The position numbers and the translations under genes are program-made. This document shows, one piece after another, positions 9,229-18,375 of a stretch of 41,792 bases of DNA. This DNA is from a virus (lineage: Duplodnaviria > Caudoviricetes): positions 1 to 41,792 of IMG/VR virus record IMGVR_UViG_3300044613_002570. One strand, given 5' to 3'. Positions within the stretch are counted from its first letter, which is position 1; each line of letters opens with the position of its first letter. The notes below the pieces were generated by a model. That model was not told the origin of the DNA and ran no database searches. It saw nothing but the letters and a program-made list of their open reading frames with translations.

Positions 9229-9669
9229 TCAATCCTCTTCATGTTCATCATCGTCATCAGGCTCATCGTCCGGCTCATCGTCAGCGTCATCACTATCGAT
9301 CACGGAAAGAACGTACAAACTCCCGTTCGCATGCGATACCGTCTGCAGAAACGACGCTGGCATATCTTCCTTGCCGAACGTCATCGAGAAAGTCACATCG
9401 GAATCATTGAGGCTATGCTGACTCACTTTGACGGTGAGTTCGACAACCGGAAATTCATCCTGCATTCCCGGCAGAACCGGCTGATCGTCTGTCTTTGGAT
9501 CAAGGCTGACCAGAACTCGAAGAGTCCTGCTCACAAACAGGTCATCGCGAATCTTCGGCCCACAAGTGGCTGAAGGAATTTTCACGCCAATCCGTGCTGT
9601 ATTTTTCCCATACCCTCCACCGCCGAACCTGCATGCCGATTTGAATAACGCTTTGACAGTCTTTGCCAC
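9229..9669 (-). CDS. Hypothetical protein with acidic C-terminal tail
   Basis: 146-aa ORF in operon orientation ending DSDDADDEPDDEPDDDDEHEED. Confidence 0.6.
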   Translation of the reverse strand: MAKTVKALFKSACRFGGGGYGKNTARIGVKIPSATCGPKIRDDLFVSRTLRVLVSLDPKTDDQPVLPGMQDEFPVVELTVKVSQHSLNDSDVTFSMTFGKEDMPASFLQTVSHANGSLYVLSVIDSDDADDEPDDEPDDDDEHEED

Positions 9670-9690
9670 AATGCCACCCCAAAATACGAA

Positions 9691-10440
9691 TCAGACCAAG
9701 TATGTCGGAACGACTGGCGAACTTGGTAGTTCCGGAAGCTGAAACGAATATGAATAGTCTTGCTGGTACAACCAGATCATGGTCCCTCGTTGTGTGTACG
9801 ACTTTGTGAGGCCGCTGTTCTTGGAAATCTTTGCGTCTGCCAGCGAGATCACTGGCGTCGGCAATGACGAGAATCCGTTTCGTGAGACTATTTTCCCGGA
9901 CTGCGTGATGTTGACGTTTGTGTAAGGCTTGATCTCTTGATAGATCGACTTCAGCCCCGCCTGGTCTGCCAGCGTTATTTCTGGACCACCATCACCTTGA
10001 ATGCGGATCGTCTCGACAAGCGACACAACGTTCCGCGTCTGCTGCAAGTTCGCATAGATCCCGCCGACCGTCATTTGAAACTTGATCTGCGTGGCCATGT
10101 GAAGCGGCGTATCGACGAACTTGAAATCTTTCAAGATGACGCCACCGATGGCCCCTGAATTCAACAGAGAATGATGCGTTGTCTGTTCGTTCGGGTATGG
10201 CTCGTTTTCAAAGCTAATTAGCTTAACGTCAACTCCCGGTGCCTTGATCGCGTTTTCCAGGCTTGCCATCAATGGTGAGATATTGCGAGGCCCGCTTGCG
10301 TACAGATACCCCTCGAATGTTTGTTCGTAATCGTGCGCGATGATGAACGTGTTGTATTCGACAGGTTTCAGACTGCGCCCAGTGCAACGCACAGTGCACA
10401 CTGGCGTTGAATATGTTCCGATTTGAAGATACAGGCCCAT
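9691..10440 (-). CDS. Putative distal tail (Dit-like) protein
   Basis: 249-aa beta-rich ORF shortly after the tape measure; positional inference. Confidence 0.45.
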   Translation of the reverse strand: MGLYLQIGTYSTPVCTVRCTGRSLKPVEYNTFIIAHDYEQTFEGYLYASGPRNISPLMASLENAIKAPGVDVKLISFENEPYPNEQTTHHSLLNSGAIGGVILKDFKFVDTPLHMATQIKFQMTVGGIYANLQQTRNVVSLVETIRIQGDGGPEITLADQAGLKSIYQEIKPYTNVNITQSGKIVSRNGFSSLPTPVISLADAKISKNSGLTKSYTQRGTMIWLYQQDYSYSFQLPELPSSPVVPTYLV

Positions 10441-10471
10441 GGTAAACGCCCCGTGTGCGTGATTGTTTATG

Positions 10472-10487
10472 GCATACGGTAGCGATC
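10472..10487 (-). promoter_or_regulatory. CGTATGC motif (candidate late promoter element) upstream of Dit-like gene
   Basis: GATCGCTACCGTATGC; 15/16 identical to 1795-1810. Confidence 0.55.
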
Positions 10488-10551
10488 ACACGGCAATCAA
10501 TCAAGATTCAATACCGAATCGATGATCATCGGGATCTGTAGCGATGACTAT

Positions 10552-10821
10552 CTATTTCGCCTGCTCAGTGTCTTCTGACATACCGACCTTTTCACGAAGT
10601 ATCCGGACATCCTTTGTCAGATTGATGATATGGCCGATGTGAAGTCGCTGTGCTTCCGATCTGGACTCATTCACGAACTCGATGTTTTCCTGGATCTTTT
10701 TGTCGGCTGCTTCAACGTCAGCCACCTTTGCAAACTCAGTCACATCGACTTTGTTTGAAAGTGAAACACCAATCGAAATAATCGACAAAGCAATTGCAAT
10801 AATTGAAAGAGCGTTTTTCAT
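10552..10821 (-). CDS. Small protein with N-terminal signal/TM helix and coiled coil
   Basis: MKNALSIIAIALSIISIGVSL hydrophobic N-terminus (ORF track extends to 10878). Confidence 0.5.
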   Translation of the reverse strand: MKNALSIIAIALSIISIGVSLSNKVDVTEFAKVADVEAADKKIQENIEFVNESRSEAQRLHIGHIINLTKDVRILREKVGMSEDTEQAK

Positions 10822-10878
10822 GCGTTTCCCCTGAAAAGTGACTTCCAGAGCGTAATGCACAAGTTCTCTCGTGTCCAA

Positions 10879-13326
10879 TCAAATACCGTCCCTGGCATCG
10901 AGTGCTTGGCGCAATTGCTGTAGCTGTTTACTGTTTTGCTCCAATAGTCGCGTTAAAGTTTCGGCGATGGCTGTCATTTCCGCTGCTTCCTCTTCCGATT
11001 TCTGAATTGCTTTATTTGCTTTTTCCATCAAGTCGTTAGCCTCTTTTTGCTCGGCTGGAGTGTACTGCTGGGCATCAGCCAGCGAGTCTTTGATCTCTTG
11101 CGGACTTGCTGACGCTCCGCGTGCGAGAATGTCTGAAAGCTCCGGTGTCATGAGGTTTGCCTGCCCCAGAACTTTACGCATAGATTCGACGGACTGACTC
11201 TTCTGATCGATTGTTGCCGTAGGCTTTTCAGTTTCGCGCAGCAGTATGTCGACTTCCTGCATGGCAATCTTCGATTCCTGAAGATTGAAGCGGTTTGCAA
11301 GTGCCATTTCATCTTTCTGCGAAGCCGTCAGATCTTTCAGGACATTTTCCTGTTGGAGTTTTTCTACCTTTGCATTTCGTGCGGCCTGCTGTGATTCTGC
11401 AAGCTGCTCTCTGTTGGTTTGGGCACCCCCCAAAAGTTCATTTTCGATGACCAAAAACATTTTTTTACCAGACTCTTGCATGGACTTTGGAAGCGAGTCA
11501 AGCTGTCGTTCTAATTCTGCAAAATCTACAACCACACCGTCCTTGATTTTGGTTTGTCCAATCGATTCTTGAGTCTGCTTTCCAGTCATCATGTCGAACT
11601 TTGATTGATCATTGTCGAGTTTTCGAAGTTCTGCTTCGAGTCTTGTGATCGGATCTTCATACTGGATTCGACGCGCACCACGCGCCTGTGCTGACAGCGT
11701 TTCTGTTGGCTCTGTTGCTTCCCGATAGGCCAGTTCTTCCTTCAGCTTTTTGAGTTCCTCCGTAGCTTTCTTCCGTTCTTCGACAAGCCTTCCGGATTCT
11801 GATTGCTGCTCTTCAGTCATCCCTGACTGGAACACATCAGTTACACTCGTTTTGATTTTGCGCATCGCATCCGTATCGGACCGCTGTCGCATTTCTTCAT
11901 TTCTCTTACTAATCTCCTGCGGTGATAGTCCATCTTCTCCCGCCAGAAGTTTCTTGATCTCCCATTGCTCGATTAGGACAGTGCTCTGCCCCTTGATCAT
12001 ATCCGTTTGCGTCTTCAGCTTTTCGATCGTCTCTGACAACCCCTTATTGAATGCTACTTGATACTCTTCTGCTTTTTGTTTTGCCTCTTCTGTTGACTCG
12101 GTCAGAAAGTCCATTGCAATATCGGCCGCAACAACTGCAGCGGTTATCGCTGTAAATGCGAACTGCATCGGCGCAATCATTGGCGTAATTGCCGCCGCAG
12201 TTGTTCCCAGCTTCATTGTGGCAACTTGAGTTAATGATGTTGCCGCCCCCAACTCCGTTTGCCTAGCAACGATTTTTGCGGTTTCAGTGCCTGCCTTTTG
12301 TAGCCCGTCCAGCATTGTTCCAACGTTTGTGAACGCTGACGTCGCTGCTGACACTGTTTCAACGCGCGACTGAACCGTCATGAATTCTTTAGCAATCGAT
12401 TCCAGAGCATCGCCGCCGATATTTTTCAGCATTCGCATGTGCCCAATGTATCTCGCAACCGATGCAACGGCCTGCCCAGCATTCAAACCGACGTTGCGCC
12501 AATGTTTCGGCATATCGTCGTTCGCTGTTGTTGCTTCTCTCGACTCTCTACTTTCTTGCTCCCACCTGTCATTCTGCGCGCCTTTATTCGCCTCAATCTC
12601 TTCCAATCTCCGACGCGCCGCCTCAGTTCGTTCCCTCAGTCTTCTTGCAGTTTCGTCAAATGTTTCGTCTGGCGGATCATTCGGCGGACCACTTGATGGT
12701 GGAATGATCCGGCCCTGCTGTGATTTCATTCTTGTGTCTGGTTGCTCAGGATCGAACAAAGGGCGCACTGCCGGATCGCCATTGAGTGGCTTTACGGCTG
12801 TTGGATTTTGACCAGGTTCGGTGAGAGGACGAACAGACGGATCGCCCTGGTATTGCTGCTGGATTTGTTTGACGGTTTTTTCGTGTGATTCAACCGCTTG
12901 CTTTTCCTTCTCCAGAAGATCGGTTTTTCTTTTGGCCGCTTCTTCATCGATTTTGCGTTGATTCTCTGCCCACTCTGCCTGCCTTTTTTTTAAGTTCTCT
13001 TCCCATTCTTCAGTGTTTGTCTTTTTTGCCTGCAGCGTCTTTTTGTGCTCTTCAACTTCTTTCGCGCCAGCGTCCTTCGCTGCGTTTGCAGATTCCGCCT
13101 TTTGCTCATCCAGTTCGGTTTGCACTTTGGCCGACTCGGTCTGCACCTTGACCAATTCTTCTGTCTCTTGGCGGGTCTTCTTGACGATATCGGCGACGTC
13201 TGTCTGCTTATCCACCAGGTCTTTCAGTTCGGTCTGCGCTTCCGTGATCCAGCCGACATCCGGCATCTGGATATCACCTGGCTTCACGTCGACAATGATT
13301 GTGACTTTTCGTACGGCTTCAGACAT
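10879..13326 (-). CDS. Tape measure protein-like
   Basis: 815 aa, mostly helical/coiled coil with a central Ala/Thr-rich hydrophobic stretch (PMQFAFTAITAAVVAADIAM); directly follows the frameshifted tail chaperone. Confidence 0.7.
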   Translation of the reverse strand: MSEAVRKVTIIVDVKPGDIQMPDVGWITEAQTELKDLVDKQTDVADIVKKTRQETEELVKVQTESAKVQTELDEQKAESANAAKDAGAKEVEEHKKTLQAKKTNTEEWEENLKKRQAEWAENQRKIDEEAAKRKTDLLEKEKQAVESHEKTVKQIQQQYQGDPSVRPLTEPGQNPTAVKPLNGDPAVRPLFDPEQPDTRMKSQQGRIIPPSSGPPNDPPDETFDETARRLRERTEAARRRLEEIEANKGAQNDRWEQESRESREATTANDDMPKHWRNVGLNAGQAVASVARYIGHMRMLKNIGGDALESIAKEFMTVQSRVETVSAATSAFTNVGTMLDGLQKAGTETAKIVARQTELGAATSLTQVATMKLGTTAAAITPMIAPMQFAFTAITAAVVAADIAMDFLTESTEEAKQKAEEYQVAFNKGLSETIEKLKTQTDMIKGQSTVLIEQWEIKKLLAGEDGLSPQEISKRNEEMRQRSDTDAMRKIKTSVTDVFQSGMTEEQQSESGRLVEERKKATEELKKLKEELAYREATEPTETLSAQARGARRIQYEDPITRLEAELRKLDNDQSKFDMMTGKQTQESIGQTKIKDGVVVDFAELERQLDSLPKSMQESGKKMFLVIENELLGGAQTNREQLAESQQAARNAKVEKLQQENVLKDLTASQKDEMALANRFNLQESKIAMQEVDILLRETEKPTATIDQKSQSVESMRKVLGQANLMTPELSDILARGASASPQEIKDSLADAQQYTPAEQKEANDLMEKANKAIQKSEEEAAEMTAIAETLTRLLEQNSKQLQQLRQALDARDGI

Positions 13327-13375
13327 CTCTGTTCTCCATGATCTTTCAGCAACTCAGACGCTGGTATTCTAAAAC

Positions 13376-13415
13376 AAAAAAAGGTGCATGCGAATACTCA
13401 TTATTCGCATACACC
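13376..13415 (-). terminator. Intrinsic terminator between tail chaperone and tape measure
   Basis: Minus strand GGTGTATGCGAATA-ATGAG-TATTCGCATGCACC followed by T7. Confidence 0.75.
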
Positions 13416-13461
13416 CCGTTTCGCATCGTACGAGTTCCTGTTGTCGAATCCTCGCCAACAG

Positions 13462-13878
13462 TCATCGCCTCCGTTCGATCGTTTCTCTCAGCCGTTGCCG
13501 CTCTTCCCTGTGACGTTCCAAGTACCGTTCTTCCCTGCGAGCACTGATGGAACGTTGCAACCCTTCGAGAATTCTCCGATATCGTTTCGCCCACTTATCA
13601 TCAGGATGCTCATCCATCGCACAGCACAATCGCCAGTGCCAATAGACTTCTGCCATGTCCTTAGTGAACTCTCTCAGCCCTGGCTTTCCCTTCGGGCAAA
13701 CACTGTCATCATCATGGCATGGTGGTCTTGTGACTGGTATCGGATGACCACCGTTGAGTATCGGCTGGCCCTCTGTTTCACTGCCTTCCTCAAGATCATA
13801 CGCACACGTTTTACAGTGCTCACAATTGATCGCTGCGATTTTCGGCCGTTCCATCCAGACAGTCGCAGCTTCAATCAG
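13462..13878 (-). CDS. Tail assembly chaperone -1 frameshift extension (gpT-like)
   Basis: The -1 frame after A AAA AAC reads KLIEAATVW-MERPKIAAINCEHCKTC..., in frame with the 13462..13854 ORF. Confidence 0.75.
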   Translation of the reverse strand: MIEAATVWMERPKIAAINCEHCKTCAYDLEEGSETEGQPILNGGHPIPVTRPPCHDDDSVCPKGKPGLREFTKDMAEVYWHWRLCCAMDEHPDDKWAKRYRRILEGLQRSISARREERYLERHREERQRLRETIERRR

Positions 13879-14333
13879 TTTTTTACGTTTGCCTCATCAA
13901 GTTTCGCAAACAGATCGGCAACCGTTTTGTTCTCTGCCCGATCCTTGACCGCTTTGACCTGTTCATCAATCTTCAATTGTGGGTCGACGTCGCCGTATGC
14001 CTGCCATGTTGAGATTGCCATGATCCTGTTTCTGACGTGCACCATCACGTCACTCTTGATCACATCCGGATCGATCTTGACGATCTGCCCGCGCTTGTCT
14101 GGCTCAGGATGATTGTCAGGATATTTCAAGTCCCATTTCACAAGCAAAGTGGCCAGCGTCGCAAGGATGTACGCTTCCTGCTCATCCGGCGTCGTAAACC
14201 GTTCCAGATCTCGCCCGTACTGCACTCTGGCTTCTGGCCATAGCCCTCGATACTCCCAGCGAATCGGACCGTCAACACCCGGAATCTGTGCGATATACCC
14301 TTTGAAAATCTGCCCCTTGTAACATGTGCCCAT
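13875..14333 (-). CDS. Tail assembly chaperone (gpG-like); start reassigned to ATG 14333
   Basis: Between tail tube and tape measure, ends at a slippery site; GGGAG RBS before MGTCYKG. Confidence 0.7.
   Translation of the reverse strand: MGTCYKGQIFKGYIAQIPGVDGPIRWEYRGLWPEARVQYGRDLERFTTPDEQEAYILATLATLLVKWDLKYPDNHPEPDKRGQIVKIDPDVIKSDVMVHVRNRIMAISTWQAYGDVDPQLKIDEQVKAVKDRAENKTVADLFAKLDEANVKN
13878..13884 (-). other. -1 ribosomal frameshift slippery heptamer A AAA AAC
   Basis: GTA AAA AAC TGA at the end of the chaperone gene; X XXY YYZ pattern in the canonical G/GT position. Confidence 0.8.
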
Positions 14334-14399
14334 GCTACCAACTCCCTGTTTTGTCACCACCCCCGCAATGACTGTCTGAAAAATGTGTGATTCAATCAA

Positions 14400-14406
14400 G
14401 CATACG
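14400..14406 (-). promoter_or_regulatory. CGTATGC motif upstream of tail chaperone
   Basis: Intergenic copy of the recurrent motif. Confidence 0.55.
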
Positions 14407-14447
14407 AACGTTGACAAACAGAATACACGAGACGTTCCCTGCCTGCA

Positions 14448-14843
14448 TCAACGTGGAATTCTCTCCACGATTTCCTTTCTGATTTCCACCATGAAATCAA
14501 TCACGACCGTGCCGACCACCTGCATCAGCATTTCATTGTCACCAGGCGCTATCTGCGATTCGCCTTTTGCGATCTTCTGCAGTCGATCGAAGTATCGGTC
14601 ATGAATCATCTTCCACTGCTGATCAAGCCACGCGCCGCTGCGAGCGAGTGAATCCGTCGCATCACTCTGCGGATCAACTGCGTGCTGTGCTGTGAACTCG
14701 GCCAGCGATTCAAGCATGGCCGCTGCATAGTCGGCATCCTCTTTCGAGACGCTGACGGCGGACGGACATTTATTGACGAATCCGATGACCATTTCCAGCG
14801 CTTGCCGGATCAATGGCGTCACTGCGACCTTTGGCTTATCCAC
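14448..14843 (-). CDS. Hypothetical helical protein inserted between tail tube and chaperone
   Basis: 131-aa ORF in operon orientation with a G-rich RBS. Confidence 0.55.
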   Translation of the reverse strand: MDKPKVAVTPLIRQALEMVIGFVNKCPSAVSVSKEDADYAAAMLESLAEFTAQHAVDPQSDATDSLARSGAWLDQQWKMIHDRYFDRLQKIAKGESQIAPGDNEMLMQVVGTVVIDFMVEIRKEIVERIPR

Positions 14844-14873
14844 AACGTTGCCCCCCCAGGCATTCTCTCTTGA

Positions 14874-15827
14874 TTAACTCGGCACGTCATCATTCGTGAA
14901 GATGACTTCTGCACCACCACTGGCGCCACCATCTTTCGTGCGTGCCACACCGTTCAAATCCAGCATGATCGTCCCACGAGAAACGGCCGGATCATTGATC
15001 GGAATCTGCACAGCCTGGCATCGAATGATCAGCGACATTCCCGCTGTCGGATGCGTCAGCGTGATCACAACGTCCAGAGCACTCGGCGGCGTTGCTCCCT
15101 GCATGAGTGCAGCAACAGTCGCCTGTGTGTGCGGTCCAACCAGTTTAAGCGTCGTTGTGGCCTGATCGCCACGCAAAAATCCACACGGATTGACCGAGTC
15201 GAAATACTCTGGTGAAAGCTTATTGTCGATATCCAACTGAAACTGACGAAACCGATGCGTCGTTCCGTTGACCGTGACCACCGCATCCTGATGCATGTAC
15301 GGCGCTTTGTTCGATGGCAACAATCCCACCGGCCATGCCGAATCGGCCTGCAATGAAGACTCGCGATCGCGGCCCATGCACCCAACAACCATTCGGAGCG
15401 GCTGACCTGCAGTGCTTCCAAGGCTGAATCGATTTACAACCAGATCGACGTAGGTGTAAAGCGATGAGTCTCTGTGCAGGAGAATATGGAAGTATGGCGG
15501 CACGACCGGCGACGGATAAGTCACGTTGCCTGAAATGGCCCTGCCTGTTGCATGCGGCAGAAATCTTGTCAGCAGATCCGGCGTTGCCAGCAGATTGATA
15601 TCGCCGTCAACGATCTTCAATCCAGGCCGCGTCTGCTCAGACGCCTGCGCTGTTGTGCCGTTCATACCGCTGTTGTTGACGTGCGGCTGCTTCAGCGAAA
15701 GCGAGCAACCACCATCCGCAAGCGGATAGGCCGGTGATCCTGAACTGAAGTTTGAGAATTGACCTGTCACGCCTGCGTCATACGCGATGCGTGAGAAGAC
15801 TGCACTACTTCCACATGCTGTTGCCAT
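14874..15827 (-). CDS. Major tail tube protein (start likely ATG 15827)
   Basis: ~317 aa beta-rich; motifs such as FQLDIDNKL and DLVVNRFSL typical of siphovirus tube proteins; position before chaperone and tape measure; GGAG RBS. Confidence 0.75.
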   Translation of the reverse strand: MATACGSSAVFSRIAYDAGVTGQFSNFSSGSPAYPLADGGCSLSLKQPHVNNSGMNGTTAQASEQTRPGLKIVDGDINLLATPDLLTRFLPHATGRAISGNVTYPSPVVPPYFHILLHRDSSLYTYVDLVVNRFSLGSTAGQPLRMVVGCMGRDRESSLQADSAWPVGLLPSNKAPYMHQDAVVTVNGTTHRFRQFQLDIDNKLSPEYFDSVNPCGFLRGDQATTTLKLVGPHTQATVAALMQGATPPSALDVVITLTHPTAGMSLIIRCQAVQIPINDPAVSRGTIMLDLNGVARTKDGGASGGAEVIFTNDDVPS

Positions 15828-15919
15828 TTGATGACTCCGCAACCCCCAGAGCATCTTACATCGGCTCTGACCCGACCGACCGTGGCTTCTTACTCATTCA
15901 ACTGCGACGACGAAGTCTT

Positions 15920-16198
15920 TTACGACTCCGTGTTTCCGACCGGACCGTCAGTCGTCAACTGATCCAGAACGCTGGTTTTCTTCTGTGCCTTTTCGTGGGC
16001 TTCGATAAGCTGCGAAATCGCCGCTTCAAACGCTTCCTTGCTGGAAAACGTCTGCGACTGCAGTGTGTCTGAGTTCATCAGAACATATCGTCGCTCAACC
16101 AGCTTATTCTTGGCGTCAAGCTTTTCCTGCGAAATGCACAGATGCGAACCCTGTGTTACCAGGAACGGATTTGCGGTAATCGTACGAAACATATTCAC
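15920..16198 (-). CDS. Hypothetical protein
   Basis: 92-aa ORF with GGAG RBS, downstream of a CGTATGC motif. Confidence 0.55.
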   Translation of the reverse strand: MNMFRTITANPFLVTQGSHLCISQEKLDAKNKLVERRYVLMNSDTLQSQTFSSKEAFEAAISQLIEAHEKAQKKTSVLDQLTTDGPVGNTES

Positions 16199-16240
16199 TC
16201 TCCGAACACTGCTGTCACTGCGGATGCCTGACGGTCATAG

Positions 16241-16247
16241 GCATACG
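16241..16247 (-). promoter_or_regulatory. CGTATGC motif upstream of 15920..16198 and tail tube
   Basis: Intergenic copy of the recurrent motif. Confidence 0.55.
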
Positions 16248-16343
16248 ATACAGGTGACGCAACGATCTTGCAACATTAGTCACGACTGAACTCTGGAAAC
16301 AGACGATCTCATCCGGAAACTCAGAACGAACCGAATGCCGCAT

Positions 16344-16535
16344 TCATTCTTTTTTCTTGCCGAACGTGTTCTTCAAATACCCCGTACCGCCCTCAAGCCC
16401 CGCCGCACCGAGGAAAAACAAAACCAGAGTCCTGATCTCTGTCGCATCAAATACCGTCGCGTTGATCCACAGAATAACGCATAGCGTGACCATGAGAATC
16501 ACCAAACGCATGATTGATTCACTAATCATTTTCAA
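16344..16535 (-). CDS. Small two-TM membrane protein (holin-like)
   Basis: RLVILMVTLCVILWI and TLVLFFLGAAGL hydrophobic segments, basic C-terminus GKKKE. Confidence 0.5.
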   Translation of the reverse strand: MKMISESIMRLVILMVTLCVILWINATVFDATEIRTLVLFFLGAAGLEGGTGYLKNTFGKKKE

Positions 16536-16547
16536 ACCCCTTGATAC

Positions 16548-16775
16548 CTAAAACTGAGTTCCCTTCGGACAGTGCAGCATGCACCCCGTCCACCATCCAC
16601 AAACTTCGGCTTCAATCCGGTTACAAAATTGGCCACGATACGAAACGCATTCAGAACATCGCTGCTGTGCAGGATTTTTCGACCCGTGGCAGGTTATGCA
16701 CGGCTCTTTCGTTTGCCGCAATTCTCCACACGATTCGCAGCGTATGATTCTGGTTTCTTTCAGGTCACGCATCAC
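16548..16775 (-). CDS. Small Cys-rich (zinc-finger-like) protein
   Basis: CESC, CITC, CSEC plus four further Cys in 75 aa. Confidence 0.55.
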   Translation of the reverse strand: MMRDLKETRIIRCESCGELRQTKEPCITCHGSKNPAQQRCSECVSYRGQFCNRIEAEVCGWWTGCMLHCPKGTQF

Positions 16776-17047
16776 GGCAAGTCCACGACTTCCAATGTCT
16801 GAACGATCACTGCGTTTGGACCGTTTCTGAGTTCTGTCGAAAGCCCGTTGTGCTTAAACTTCATTTCCAGCGTTCGTGCGGCCTCAATCTGCTCCGGTGT
16901 TCTCAATGGCACGTCCACGACTTCCCTGGCATCAAACGCAACTCCAGCAACCTTGCCAAGCTGCCTGATCGTGTATTCGCTGGCAGACGGAACCACGATT
17001 CGCATCACTTTCATTCCCACGATTTTTCTCCACTTATCGTCAGGCAA
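16772..17047 (-). CDS. Hypothetical protein
   Basis: 91-aa ORF overlapping both neighbours by a few bases. Confidence 0.55.
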   Translation of the reverse strand: MPDDKWRKIVGMKVMRIVVPSASEYTIRQLGKVAGVAFDAREVVDVPLRTPEQIEAARTLEMKFKHNGLSTELRNGPNAVIVQTLEVVDLP

Positions 17048-17507
17048 ACATCATTCTGACCGCAGCGTCTGCGATTATGTCCAGAACTTTGTCAACGGCT
17101 TCGTCAGTGGCCCCGACCATCATGCGCTGCGGCACCTTTCGTCCGCCGTCCTGATGAAGCCAGGCCCACGCTCTCTGTGTTCCGAATTCCAAAGTCGCCT
17201 GCCCGAATTCCCGGATCGACGATTCATTCACTTTGGTCAGGCTATCCATGAGTTCCCAGGTTTCTCTGAGAATGATGGCGTGCCCTTTCTTCTGGACTGT
17301 GTACGGCCGCAATGGCGCCCAGGGCTGACCATCCGGCCCGGCGCTTGACGCGAAGAATCCGCGTTCCATGTCCTGCAGAACATCAACGACCTGTTGCCAC
17401 GATTGCGGCGCGACACTCGGCGTTCTGATGGCATTCAACATACCATCGAGCATCGCGCGAAATTCGTCGATCGATCGCAGCGTCATGGTGTCTTCGATGA
17501 TGATCAT
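17040..17507 (-). CDS. Virion morphogenesis / tail completion protein (Mu gpG-like); start likely 17507
   Basis: GPDGQPWAPL...ILRETWELMDSL...EFGT...AWLHQDGG..VPQRMMVG matches the PDG-W-PL / HQ-G / P-R pattern of this family. Confidence 0.8.
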   Translation of the reverse strand: MIIIEDTMTLRSIDEFRAMLDGMLNAIRTPSVAPQSWQQVVDVLQDMERGFFASSAGPDGQPWAPLRPYTVQKKGHAIILRETWELMDSLTKVNESSIREFGQATLEFGTQRAWAWLHQDGGRKVPQRMMVGATDEAVDKVLDIIADAAVRMMFA

Positions 17508-17517
17508 TCTGCACCGA

Positions 17518-18012
17518 TCAATAGATTCCCGTTGGCTCTTCCGTCTCGAACAACACATCGAACGACGACACGAACTTCGCGCTGTTCTGCCAGGCTGACT
17601 GCTGAATCGGAGAACTCGGCCTGACGGTCGCGTGCATGATGCATGCGTTTGGAATCGCTGTCAGCAATCCATTCCCGCGATACGTGTGCATCGCGCTCAT
17701 CAGGCTATCTCTGTGCGCTGTATAGACGGCCGGATTCTTTTCGACGATGGCTTTGTCACCGATCATCAGCACAGTAAAGACTCGTGTCTTTCTCGCTGAA
17801 ACGTTTGTGCTTTGGCCAACCACGAACTGCTCAGCCTGCACGTGCGATATGCTGACGAATGGATACAGCCGCGCCCCATACAACAGGCGTCCGGATTTGA
17901 CGTCGTAGTCTGGCGCGATCTGAAACACGATGCCCCTTGTGACTGTCAAGCCGACCTGGAACAATCTGGCACCGATGATTTCGGCTAATTCTTCAACAAC
18001 CCCCAGCGCCAT
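17518..18012 (-). CDS. Putative tail terminator / neck protein
   Basis: 164 aa in neck cluster with YPFVSI motif; TAATG overlap with the upstream gene. Confidence 0.5.
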   Translation of the reverse strand: MALGVVEELAEIIGARLFQVGLTVTRGIVFQIAPDYDVKSGRLLYGARLYPFVSISHVQAEQFVVGQSTNVSARKTRVFTVLMIGDKAIVEKNPAVYTAHRDSLMSAMHTYRGNGLLTAIPNACIMHATVRPSSPIQQSAWQNSAKFVSSFDVLFETEEPTGIY

Positions 18013-18368
18013 TATGGAATCTCCGAATCATGTTCATTCATGCGAGTGCAGACACACTGATGCATCGAGTTGGTGATTCTCGGCACTGCGTTGATTTCCC
18101 ACAGTGAATTGTCTGTCAGACTTCGAATCCGGTATCCCGTGACTGGCGAGAACTCACCGCACTGAAACACCGGAAGCTTCCACGTTCTTGATTGATCCTG
18201 CAGTATCGCCAGCGCTGTGGAGTCCTGACGCGACACATTACCCCACGGCGCATCTGCGATGACGGCCAGTTCTTCCCCTGCGCGATTGAGAAGCTTGATT
18301 TTGTCACGTCGCGGATGCATGCGAAATGCCCGCGTCGCGTTCAACCTGCCTCGACCGTGATGCGCCAC
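18012..18368 (-). CDS. Putative head closure (stopper) protein
   Basis: 118-aa beta-rich ORF after the head-tail adaptor (PVTGYRI...WEI...CVC). Confidence 0.5.
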   Translation of the reverse strand: MAHHGRGRLNATRAFRMHPRRDKIKLLNRAGEELAVIADAPWGNVSRQDSTALAILQDQSRTWKLPVFQCGEFSPVTGYRIRSLTDNSLWEINAVPRITNSMHQCVCTRMNEHDSEIP

Positions 18369-18375
18369 GAATCAC

